Below are positions 50,700 to 62,468 of a stretch of DNA of 64,000 nt, piece after piece. Position numbers and translations under genes: made by a program. The notes beneath the pieces are model-generated. The model worked only from the letters and a program-made list of their open reading frames with translations, had not been told where the DNA came from and ran no database searches. The first letter of the stretch is position 1; every line of letters starts with the position of its first letter. The DNA lies in contig CM060732.1 in NCBI GenBank assembly GCA_030704615.1, positions 13,640,001-13,704,000 of the forward strand. Reading direction: 5' to 3'. Source of the DNA: Takakia lepidozioides. Taxonomy: Eukaryota; Plantae; Bryophyta.

Positions 50700-53600
50700 C
50701 CCTAGCGAACGTGAGGGTCTTCACTTGTCTTGAATTCTTGAAGCTTGCAGAGTCTGATTCTTGCATAAGGGATTGCTGCTACCGCCTGAAGCTGCTGATG
50801 CCAGTTGCTGTTTCAAATCTGCCACCTTGTTGCCTCAAAACGGCTTCAAGTCTGCTCTAATGAGGATCGCCTTCTTACTCCTTACCCTTGTTTTTGGTTC
50901 TTGATGACCACTTCTACATGTTTTGGAGTTAAGACACACAAGGGACTTCATAGAAAACAAAATCTCTACTGAAGGCTCTGGCTGTTTTCAACAAAGGTAT
51001 AGGGTTGCAGCTATAACTCTGGCTGCATGGAAACTAGGCTCTGAAATGAAACATCATGGCCTGGCTTTGATGGATCAGAAGATAGACCTTGTCTGATAAC
51101 AAACATTCTTCAAGGCTCTCATATCACCGTGATTTCATTGCATGATAGGGGGCAGGGGTTTCCGAGTTCCTTTCTTTAACTGGCAGAGCTTTTTATGAGG
51201 CCCTGGAATTCCACTCTAGGCCCATATCTGCTTGAGGGTACTCAGCCCTGTGTTTTGTGTTGTTAGAAGTCTTGCCTATGACTTGGCACTGAAGCACCTT
51301 CAGACCTGGCCCCATCATAATTTTGATTTTCAAGACCTGCTTGCTGGTAGGTGTTGTGTGCTTCTAACCTTCTACCCTGGCAGAGTTTTGATCATGAAGT
51401 CCTGGAATTCCATTCCAGACCTGCAGCTCCTTACAGAGACTCAAATAAGCCATGTCATTGCATGTAATGCTTGCTCATTCATTTGCAATGCTATGATACC
51501 TTCAGGCTGGCTGTTTTTTTAGGAAGGTGACTTATTCAAAAACTGGATTCTAAAACAGTAACCTTTATGGTCCAGCAAGTAGCCTAGCATGACAGTTTTA
51601 AATACTTTTTCATGGCCTAATCCTGGTCATGATACACCTTGCTAGGTGTAGAGATATTCTTACTTAGATAAAACTAAGCAAGAAAGACACTTGTTGCTTG
51701 AAGGGCTTGGTTCTGGAGATTATCTCCAGACCTGCAATCTGGTTTTTGAAATGAAGGTACAATCTGCAAGTATAGGGGAATTTTTTATTAAACCATGGTG
51801 CTTTCATGATATGATTGACCTGGAATTCTGAGTTATTTATTTTTTACCCTGGCAGAGCTGTTTATGAGGCCCCGGAATACCAATCCAGGCCTGCATATGC
51901 CTGAAAAAACTCAGCCCCATTTCTACTACTTATGAATCTTGCATGTGTCTTGGCACTGATAGATCAGTTTCAAGCCAACACATGATGCCTTTTTAGGAAG
52001 ATGAATGGCTCAAGAACTGGACTATGTAAGGCTTGACCCATGTCAACAAAAAATGAGGAATCATTATATCAACAGGCAAATGCTTAAGACATGTATGGCT
52101 TGCTGTTTCAATTGCAATTTAAAGTACTATGTGCTTGGCTCTCGAGATTTATCTCCAGACCTGCAATCTGGTTTTTGAAATGATGTTACAATCGGCAAGT
52201 ATGGTGGTGATCGTTGTATGTCAAACTATGGTGCTTTCATAATATGATTGACCAAGAATCCCACCCTCCCACCCTGTTTTTTCAGATACCTGAAATGTAA
52301 TGGGATATTCAAATGAGATGGTAAACATGGAAGTGGTTGTTAGATGGTGCCTTGTAAAGGGCTGCTTTGTCTTTCAATGACAATGACCTTAGTGGTCTTG
52401 TCCATGTCTTGACATGACATGTATATCTTCCCTCTCTCTTATTAACTTTTTCTACCCCCTCTTTCCCTCTGTGGTTTTTTTTTTTTTTTGTGAGCAGCAC
52501 GAAAGAGAGGAGAGACAGAGAGAGGGAAGATAAAATGTCTTGTCGAGACATGGACAAGACCAAACAAGGTCTTTGTCAATCTGTATGACAAATCAGCCTC
52601 ATAACGAGGCACTATCAATCACTCTTCATTCATAAACCAGTCTAATGACATATAACAGATCTCACAGTTCATGAAATCTCTGGGAGGGGGGGGTGGGATC
52701 ATATAATTACCACCCATGTTCCCATTAATAAACTGGAGAAGAAGTTCCAGTTTTCATTTAGCCATAATGGTCAGATTAGAGCAGTAAACAGCTTCTAAAC
52801 TATTTACACATGAAGGGAAAGTCCACACATCTTGTTTTTTGTCCCAAGACCTAGTTTCAATCTGGGGCCAGTGTATAAATGGATTCAAAAGGTTTTGAGC
52901 AGTAAGTGATTACTGATAGTCACAAACTATAAAGAAATCCAGAAAAACATGTCATGGTATATGCCTTAGTAGTAAAGCCAGTCTATCCAGAGCCCGTTTT
53001 AGGTCTTGGGGCAATCTGTATCTACTCCAGCAAGGTACTTGCAAGGTCACAAACAAGTAGAGAAGGACAGGAACCCATATGGTCTGCATCAGGCAGCATA
53101 CATGGCCTAAAAACAAAGGATTGTGGTTCCTTATGTCCTCTTACTTAGCTGCTTGATATCATTCAAGCCACAGCATCATACCAGTCCCATAGACCGAAAT
53201 AAAAAGCTCATGCTGTGCTGTAAGACAGCAAATCCAGCATCATCACGTAGTGTAGCAGAAATCAAAGGCAAGAGTCTTTAATAGAAAGTATGATAAAGCT
53301 CATCTAATGTATTAATGTCAACAGGAAGAGTTGGAAGCATAGCCAGAAAGATCAAGAAATGGGGGCAGATTCGAATCAGCTCCTTGAAGAAACAGCTTGA
53401 GTCGACTTCACTTCATCTTGCTAGTTTTCAATCAATTGCAAGCTTCATGAATCATATTAAGTGAGGGCCCTCACCTGGTCCCATCACATGCAGTCAAAAA
53501 ACAATGAAGTTAGTGAAGATGTGGAACCCCAGGTGAATATCAGGCCTCACGCTTGTTATCGCTGTACAACATGCGTTCAGAAAGCAAGAAGAGATCAAAA

Positions 53601-55400
53601 GCAAAGCAAAGATATTCCACAACCTTAAGTGTTTGTGGAAGAGGATTCGACATAGCTCCAAGAACTCGATAATCGACAGCCCAAACAAACAATGGTTTGC
53701 TGAAATCTACGAGCATTTTATCAGGTGAAGGGAGACTTCCTGATGGTTTAAGAGCGGCGCTGGATCTTAATGACCATTGAACGGAACGGCAAGCAGTCAC
53801 AGCTTAAAGTAAGTTGCCCACCAAGGGAAGAGACAACCTCATTGAGGGAATTGAAGCTCAGCCGCCTTTGTATACCCCAAGGGGATTTGAAAAGTACTGG
53901 AATCTTGCCAGAGCACTTGCAGGCTGTCATAAAGCTTCTCCATAGCCATCAGATTCACAAGATTTGTGCTTAAATGATCCCTCTGACACCATCTCTCAGC
54001 TCCATGAGAATCAAAACGCACGAGTATCGTGCAGAGTTTAAGGGCGGAGGAAGAGATAGGGCAAACCTTCGTGATTTCATCCAGAATAGATGAAAAACAA
54101 ATAATGTAAAGTATTTCCCTAATTCCAAGTAGTGATGGCATCCAAAAGTAGAGTCTGGCTTTCATTAGGGTTTAGTTTTCATGACCAAACTCATCCAAAG
54201 AACCCAGTAATCAGAGAAATTGCTATAATGGAATTCCTCCATTTTCGTGATTACATCCATTGTGGATTAAAAAAGGTTTAGACAAAATTAGTCCAAGCCG
54301 GCCTGGGTTTTGGAAAAAGTACAAGCAAATTCCTTGTACAGAGGGAGAGGGAGAGAGGGAGAGAGAGGGAATGAGAGGGAGAGATCAGGAAACAAAAAGA
54401 AAAAGATGAAGGTGGGGGGGGGGGAGTGACTGAGTAGCAATTGCTCAGTCACTCCCCCCCCCCCAACACCTTTTTGTTTTTTCTTTGTTGCCCCCTCTCT
54501 CCCTCTGTCTCCCTCTCTCTAGATACCTGTATGGGATTTTAACATTTTTTCCAGTACTATACCTAGTGTGGAATTATTATAATCCCTAATGGATGTCATC
54601 CATACTCGATGAAATCCTGTAAACCGACGGAAGTCATCCCTGTTGGATGAAAACTTCAAATGACCTATTAGCTAAGCCGATTTTCCATGCAGACCGGATG
54701 AAAAATCGCGGGGAAACGTTTTTGGTTCACCGCCCTAAACCTAAACAGCCCGACACCTGGGCTTGTGATTTTCCTGGAGCTGCGCGACGGCGGCTTGAAG
54801 TGCTGCACAATCCCGCGTTGTTGATCTCCTTGGGAGGAGTAGGCGCGGCTGAATGAGGAGTTCCCCTGCTGGTGTCTTCACTCCACATACTGGCAGCCGA
54901 GCCGCCGCTATGCTTTCTGGAGAGATCTCTCATTGTGAACTTTTGCTGCAGTGGCGCCATAACTGATCTATGGAGGTTTGTTTTCTCTCCCTTGCACCAA
55001 AGCTACTGTGTTTTGCTTTGTCTATGACAGATCTTGGATGTTATGCTGCAAAATCCACTAGTTCCACTAACTTTGAAAGTTTTTGGATGTTTATGCTTAT
55101 GCTTGTCCATTTGATCTCTTTGCCCGCTTTGTAGCGGACATGGATAGCAATTGTGAAATCCTGCAACTCACCTCGCGCATCCTCACTAACGCACAAAACA
55201 TGTTTTGTGTTTTGTTTTTGGGACGGGCGCAGGTGAGGGACTTCACTTGATGTGATTTACAGAGCCTGTAGGTGATCTGGACTGAGCAGAATGGATGAGT
55301 GGGCTACGATCTACTGTCGCGGCACACCGCCGCTTCAGAAAGCGCTTCAATGGGGATATGCTTTAAACCTTGACCTCATCCTTTGGTTTTGGTTTAATTT
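50700..55400. repeat. Concatenated modules of the palindrome-jointed repeat family
   Basis: Inverted junction 52340-52620. Imperfect palindrome gagtgactgag-tagcaattg-ctcagtcactc at ~54414-54464 with extended arms 54340-54520. Internal duplications at 51180/51850 and 51716/52144. Confidence 0.7.
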
Positions 55401-55792
55401 TTGAAGTAGGTCTTATGCAATGCTTCCTAGATTACAAACATTCTAGTGAATACCCCGTGGTTTCAGTGATAAGATATATGGTTACTAGATTGATCATGGT
55501 GGAATTTTTTGACAAAGCCCGGTACACTATCTTCATGCCTTTATTAAAGTGCTGTGGCTTTATGAAGGAACAAGCAGCAAACGGGGGCTGCTATTTCATG
55601 AGCGGCATGAGCATGAGCGGAAAAAAAAAAAGCATGAGCGGGCCATTGTGTGTCCACGGAAATAGGGTTAGGAGGCACGGAAATAGGGTCATGTGGACTC
55701 GTCATAGCAATGAAATACAACATTTTATTGCAAATTTTGTGGCAAGCCACGTCTATACAAGTGTGTCCTAACTGACATAGCAGGAATGGGAA

Positions 55793-58700
55793 CTACTCTC
55801 CTACACCTTCCGAGGAACTTGGCCCTCCTTCTTCCTCATCCCCCCCATCCTCCGAGCTCTGTGATGCATCGGTTGCACTATGTCTCTCAAAAATTCCGTC
55901 CTCTCCTTGGGGGACTGTCCACCTCACCTCCTGGGAATCTTCTGCCTCTTCTCCCCCACTTTCCTCAACAAAATCCAAGACAAATCTACGAGCCCGACGG
56001 GCTCTAATATCTGCTGCCTCCTCCCTCATCTTCATTTTCTTGAGGCTTGCCTCGTCTAAAATCTGCTGTACACGACTAGGTTCGGAAGACCTCCTAATGG
56101 ACACCAAAGCAAGCCGGGCAACATAAGTAGGAAGGAGTAGTCCCTTTCTGGACTAGGCATGAAATCCCCCCTGGCAAAAAAAGGCACGTTCCTCCTGCAG
56201 TACTTGGCATCCTACAGTAAGAACAAATCCACTTCAAGAATGTCAATACCAGCAGAAGCAGAAAGGGTTTTCAATGAAATAAGAGAGCGAAGGGAGGTGC
56301 CTCACAAAATCTGGAGGTAATTTACAATGCGACCACTCACTCGTAAACCGGGGGCTCCTCAGCCTCGATCCCAACTTGTTCCTCCCCCTGCTCCTTCTCG
56401 GATTTTTCCTCATCCTCCAAGGGTGCCTCTTCCTCTTTGGGCAGACGTTCAACCGCTGCAAGTTCCGAGTTGTGGAGGGCAGTATCTGGCTCGAAGGGGC
56501 GAACACATGCCTGTCGGACAACGTCCCTGCCCACATTGAAGCACCTGAGGAACAAAGCGGGCGGTTAATAGCTTGCGGCATGCAATTGCAATCGGGTCAG
56601 GGGACAAACTGAGCACGTGAAGGCTTACCCGTGCCACATGTGAGGTCAAGAATCCGCCCTTGGACATCCGAGCACGTCTCCATGAGGGTTTGGATGAAAG
56701 CAGGGCTCCGGGTCTGGCTGTACCGCCACGGTTTGCCTGTCTTTGTGTCCTTCAGCATACTGGAGTGGGGCACATAGTTGTAGAGGACATCGTAGGTAAC
56801 AGGGTCCACAGCGGCATCAACAAGACGACCGTCGTTGCGGAATTTGAACGTAGACCCTCTCTTCACAAAGCAATATGCCTCAAACACCAATGTCTGCACA
56901 TCCAACAAAAGAGGGATCAACTCCGGGATCTAGTTTAGATACACCACAATATGAGGTGAATGCAATAGATTGATAACTTACACTTTGGCCCTCTGTTCGC
57001 AACCCCTGTGTATTGATGCAAAACCATTTTCTGAGAAGGATCGGGGTGACACTTTTCGGTGTCCATCTTGCCACCGCATTCTCTGTGGCCTTCCCTCTTG
57101 TGGCAAGGACAACCACACATCCACCGTCATCCAGGAGCATCCCCGCCAGCCCAAACCCGGCTTTCCAGTAGTCCTCAGTAAACTTGTTCAGTTGGGCACA
57201 CCATCCAGGCCCTCCAGCAGCTCCCCATCTGGAATGTCGAGGAGAATCATATCGCAAGCTCTCTCCACCTCAACCCCCCCCCCCCCCCCGAGTGCTCTTG
57301 CAATCCATGCTCACAGCTGTGAAGAATTCCATCATGGCTTCAAAACCAGGGGTGTCTTTAGGCTCTGTACCGGCAGCCCTCTTCTTGGCTTTCCCCTTCT
57401 GCTCCGCCAGAGACTTGTTGTGTGCCACCTTCTTCGCCCTGGCAGCGAGAGCGTCAAGGAAGCTCTCATTGACGCATTGGATGATGGTTGGAGGTTCTAG
57501 CTTTGGCCTGTGCGTAAACGTCACCGCCGAATACCGCCGTGTAGGCTCGCCCTCAAATGCCAACTTCTTGGCAGAGCCAGTCCCACTCCGAACTGACTTG
57601 GGAACCCGGACGACCGGTGACTTGGTAGCAGCAGCAGCAGTCGCAGGACCTTGAACAAAGTCGTCGTCCGAGTCACTCCCTTGGGTCCCCTCCTGCGCCT
57701 CCTCCGATGCCCCGATGGTTTTCTGTTTTTTGGGTGTTACTGTACTCACCTATTTCCTTGTCCTTTTCCGTTGGCCTTTATTCTTCTCATTCAATTTCTC
57801 CCTGGGAAAATGGCGCCGAATTTCGGTTTTCGGTGCTAGCCATGCTAGGGACAGCCATTTTGGGAGCCCTGAACTAGAAATTCGGCGCCATTTTCCCAGG
57901 TCTGGGCCAAAAATGGCTAAGTCCCTGAACTGACTGGCCCTGGAATTGGAAAAATGGCGCCGAATTTTGGTTTTCGGTGCCAGCCACCCTAGGGACTTAG
58001 CCATTTTGGGAGCCCTGAACTGGAAATTCGGCGCCATTTTCCCAGGTCCGGGCCGAAAATGCCTAAGTCCCTGAACTGACTGGCCCTGGAATTGGAAAAA
58101 TGGCGCCAAATTTTGGTTTTCGGTGCCAGCCACCCTAGGGACTTAGCCATTTTGGGAGCCCTGAACTGGAAATTCGGCGCCATTTTCCCCAAGTCCGGGC
58201 CGAAAATGCCTAAGTCCCTGAACTGACTGGCCCTGGAATTGGAAAAATGGCGCCGAATTTCGGTTTTCGGTGCCAGCAACCCTAGGGACTTAGCCATTTT
58301 GGGAGCCCTGAACTGGAAATTCGGCGCCATTTTCCCAGGTCCGGGCCGAAAATGGCTAAGTCCCAGAACTGACTGGGCCTTGAACTGGAAAAATAGTGCC
58401 GAATTTCGGTTTTCGGTGCCAGCCACTCTAGGGACTTAGCCATTTTGGGTGCCCTCGACTGGAAATTCGGCGCCATTTTTCCAAGGACCAATTTTTATGC
58501 ACCACATGAGGCCTCTAACATCCTGAAATGCAAGGACTTGAAAGGAAGGCATCGCGTATGTACCTGTACAGAAGGCGCATTGCTGCTTTGTCTGCGTTCG
58601 GCTGGTCAATGAACTCGTGGCTCCGGCGGGCATGGGGTATCTCCCGAAAGAATAGGTCGGTTTTGTACAGCAGAAAGTACCTCGTCACATAGTCGCGTAG

Positions 58701-60775
58701 GCTCTCTGCTGCAGGAGAAATCTCCATCTTGAACTGATGTGCTTGTGTGTCCAGCTGCTCTTGCGCATTCGTCATCACCTGTGGAGATTCTCCATCAGAT
58801 CGCTTTCCTGAAAAAATACAATGAATCCACCCCCTACAAGAGTAAAAGCGCCAAACGAAGCGTGGGGAAGTACCTGAAACCACCATGTCATGCGGTTCAT
58901 CCACATGTCGAATGTCGGGTCAGACAGTTTGTCCGGTTTGGGGAAGCTCCACATGTCCCTTGTACTTTGGGAACCATTCCAGATTTGGAGCCACCGGGTC
59001 TGTCCAACCACCCAGCATATTCGTAAGCGCCAAACACCACAAAAACGAGTTGTTGCCACCACAATTTGGTTAAGAATGTATCACCTTTTCTGTTGCATCC
59101 ACACAAGATGTGGCTAGACGATGGAGCTTCTCCAATGTCATCGTGGGCTTCAGAGCGCGGGAGTAGTGCTTCCCCACCTCCACCAGAAAGTCGGCACCAA
59201 GGGCGGGATCAACTATGACCACGTACTTTACCATCCGCGACTTGTACTTTATGCGGGCCATGGCCTCCGCAGCTTTGAGATACGATTCGAGTGCCAGGAG
59301 GGTTAGATTCTTCTCCTCTGACTCCATGTAGATCCTCCGCGTATGTGCCAAATCCTGCTGAATTTTCGTCTGTCAAGAATGCGCACATAAGATTAGAGAT
59401 CCTGCTCAACACGAAATGCCAATCGAGGTCGTTGGGGTGGGCTTCGGCTATGTGCTCCATCCATGCCAGGAGGCGATGATTGCCGCCCCACACGTAAAAC
59501 ATCTTTCCGGACAAGTGCTGGAAAAGAGGATCAGTAGCAATCGATCTCTCAAACTCCTCATTTCGCCTTTGCCAATGGGGACCCCATTTGTCCACCGCAT
59601 CGGAAGTGTGGGCACGGGAAGCTCCGTGGTCGTTCTCAATGGAAACGTAAAACGCGGTAGACCCCATTCGATATCCATCCCGGAAAGAGAATTTCAGCTT
59701 GTCGATATCGCCTGGGAGGGCAGGTCTCACCACCTGCAATGACACCAAGCGGCAAAGGGGAATTCAAAGCTTGGCCGGGTACACCATGCCCCCCAGCACC
59801 CTGCCAATGTTGCTGTGGGTTGCCTCCAACATCTTGGCAGCGGCCAACTTCATATCCGCCTCCGACATGACGTCTGCTGCAGAGGGGTTCTCCGGCAGCC
59901 CACCAGGACCGCCAAATCCAGCATGTATGCTGCGGGTTTGGGGCCTGGGGATGTCCGGGAGGATGTCATCCTGGTCAGAAAGCTCGGTGTCGTCCTCCTC
60001 AACATGGTCAACCACCGGCAAAACCACCTCGAGCACTCTCCCCATCTCTACTGCCCTCTCCCCGGCTTCACCTCGAACTTGCACAATCCGTGCTCTTTGT
60101 GGTGTTCTTTCCTCTCCTCCACTCTCCACCGTATGGGTAATTGCGGGGGCTGCTCTTGTCCGCGATGGTGTAACCGGTGTGTTACTGCCTCTTTGTGGTG
60201 TCTTGGAGGGATCCACCGTCTCTGTGCGTCCTCGCTTACATGGGCATCTGTCATTTCGGCACCCCTGGCCTCTTCAGTGGCCTTTTCTCTTTCCTCCTGG
60301 CTAGCCTTCTGTCTCGCCTGTTCTTTTGCCCTCTCTTTTGCCCTCTCACGGGCTTTCTGTTTCTTACTAGGGCTAGCAGCAAGGGAGCGCGGATGGACGA
60401 CCACCTTTGATTAAGGAGAACTGACACCCTCGTGCGTACTGCTCACTCCCCCCTCCGCACCCTGTGACGGCTCTCTCGCCGGGGATTGCATGTGCTTGGC
60501 TTTCTTCTTCTTCTTTGCGTGGGCGGGCCCTACTGCATGTGCATCAACAACCTCCATTGCCGGATCTGCTGTCCTCACGTCCTCACGCCCTTCACCTGCC
60601 ATGCCGCCTGCACCAACCTCCCCAATGCCTATTCTGTCGCACTCTCGCTGTAGGTCCTCCCGTCCACCAACAAAAGGTTTTAGTTTCCCCTCCCGCCCCA
60701 AATTGGGCGATCCAAACATGCGATGAGTTGGAGCTGTCGATGATACCACCAGCGTGCCGGGTTCGTCGTCACTCT
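55793..60775 (-). pseudogene. Multi-exon gene encoding a ParB/Sulfiredoxin-like domain fused to a beta-class N4C/N6A DNA methyltransferase domain (disrupted copy)
   Basis: ParB-like IPLCRL..VRP...L..SF..GY...FYVS...FYVWGGNHRLLAW at ~59400-59763. MTase motif-IV-like CDMILLDIPDG (DIPD at 57227-57238), then LLDDGG, FEAYCFVK, and motif X/I RSPAFIQTLMETCSDVQGRILDLTCGTG|ASMWAGTLSDRHVFA/FEPD. Phase-consistent GT-AG introns at 56545-56628, 56894-56981 and 57802-58563. Confidence 0.75.
57802..58485. repeat. ~146-bp tandem array (~4.7 copies) with internal inverted repeats, filling an intron
   Basis: Unit starts at 57811, 57955, 58101, 58248 and 58394. Each unit has aaaatggcgccgaattt...gaaattcggcgccatttt. 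Confidence 0.92.
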
Positions 60776-61649
60776 GTCATTCCCAAAAATCGTGAGAACC
60801 AACATCGGAATGAAAACCACCATCGCAACAATCGTGGAACAACAATGAAAACAAAACAAAACCAAGTATGGAGTGGCATGGAACAACAATGAAAACAAAT
60901 CCAACCAATGCCTAAGAATGACATGCACAAGCAGCCTTCTCAAGAGCTGCCGGCTTTGCACACGCATTGCAAACTATCTAAGGTTCACTCAACCGGTAAC
61001 ATGAAACACGATGAACAAATGAACACGAATTCCATAAGACGGGAAAACAGGGTGAAATGTTTTGTAGGCACTTCATCTGCTCAGACAATCTTCTCAGCTC
61101 AGCATGGATTTCCTTAATTTTTAACCACTCTGACCTTGATCATTCTTCTCAACAGCTCCTGCTTTTGCGATGCAACCATATGCTTCCAGTGATGTCAGGC
61201 TGAAGATGCGAAAACAAACCAAAAAACGAAGTAAACAACAAAGCGAAAGCGGAAGTGGCTTGCCTGGGAGTACTCGGCTTCAGTTGGCGCGGGTTGTGAG
61301 CAAGACACTGGAATCTCCTGCTGGAGCTTAAGTTTGGCCATGCGAGAGGTTGGCCGTCGCCCGTAGTGCAAAGCCTTCAACTTCCGCCGCGGTCTGGATG
61401 TGGGGTATCTCTCAGGAGACCCACGCCCTTCACATGGCATAAGTCCCAGCAAAAGAAAAAAGATCTCAGTATTTTTGCGTACATGCATCGAATAGAACTT
61501 CATCCAAGTTTAGCATCAGGTTTCCAAGACGTATCGAGGAAGCAAGCGCGGAATCCCTGTGTCGCCATCACGAATCAAAACCGACGGCGGAGGACATTTA
61601 ATGCCCAACTACGCAATTAAATGTCGAATGAAGTATGACGCAACGAAGC

Positions 61650-62468
61650 CCTCGGCGCCGATTTCCCATCCGCCAGGTAAGTCGGAGCGCCGAATTTTTG
61701 TCATGCAAATAATTCGAAGAGCGGATGGATAGATATCCGGCGCCGAATTTCCATCCGCCAGGTAAGTCGGAGCGCGGATGGATGGAAATCCGGCGCCGAA
61801 TTTCCGTCCTCCAGGTAAGTCGGAGCGCCGTTTTTCCGTCATGCAGGTAATTCGGAGAGCGGATGGATGGAAATCCGGCGCCGAATTTCCGTCCGCCAGG
61901 TAAGTCGGAGCGCCGATTCTCCGTCATGCAGGTAATTCGGAGCGCGGATGGATGGAAATCCGGCGCCGAATTTCCATCCTGCAGGTAATTCGGAGCAAGG
62001 ATGGATGGAAATCCGGCGCCGAATTTCCGTCATGCAGGTAATTCGAAGCTCGGCCGGATGGAAATCCGGCTCCGGATTTCCATCAAGCAGGCAACTCGGA
62101 GCGCGGCCGGATGGAAATTCGGCGCCGAATTTCCATCCGCCAGGTAAGTCGAAGCGCCGAATTACCATCCTGCAGGTAATTCTGAATGTGGCCGCTTGGT
62201 TTTTTGGTCTAAAAAGACACTAAACCTTCAGTTTGGTGGCTGAAGTCCACTTTTAGACACGTTTTTCAGGGAATTCTCGACTGGTAGAGAGAAATTCCTT
62301 GCTTCTTTTTAGTTCCTACATGGAAATTCGTTGCCGAAATTCCATCTGGCCGCGATTGCGATTACATGCCGAATGGAAATTCGGCGCCGGTTTTCCTTCT
62401 CCTCCGCCTGAGTCGACCTTATCCCGGCGCCCCCTGTTGGATATTCGGTGCCGAATTTCCGTCCGGGA
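61650..62468. repeat. Array of GGCGCCGAATTTCC-containing repeats and palindromes upstream of the ParB-MTase gene
   Basis: Repeated ggatggaaatccggcgccgaatttcc and caggtaagtcggagcgc units. Perfect 32-bp palindrome cggatggaaattcggc|gccgaatttccatccg at 62108-62139. Confidence 0.9.

Noticed and set aside
57802-58485. Possible CRISPR array
   Set aside because: Units are fully repeated with no unique spacers, there are no cas genes, and the context is a eukaryotic intron.
57750-58491. Repetitive ORFs (MAPNFQFRAPK...) and similar ORFs at 61598-62223
   Set aside because: Artefacts of translating tandem repeats.
55793-60775. Bacterial contamination as the source of the ParB-MTase
   Set aside because: The gene has phase-consistent GT-AG introns and is contiguous with plant retrotransposon sequence.
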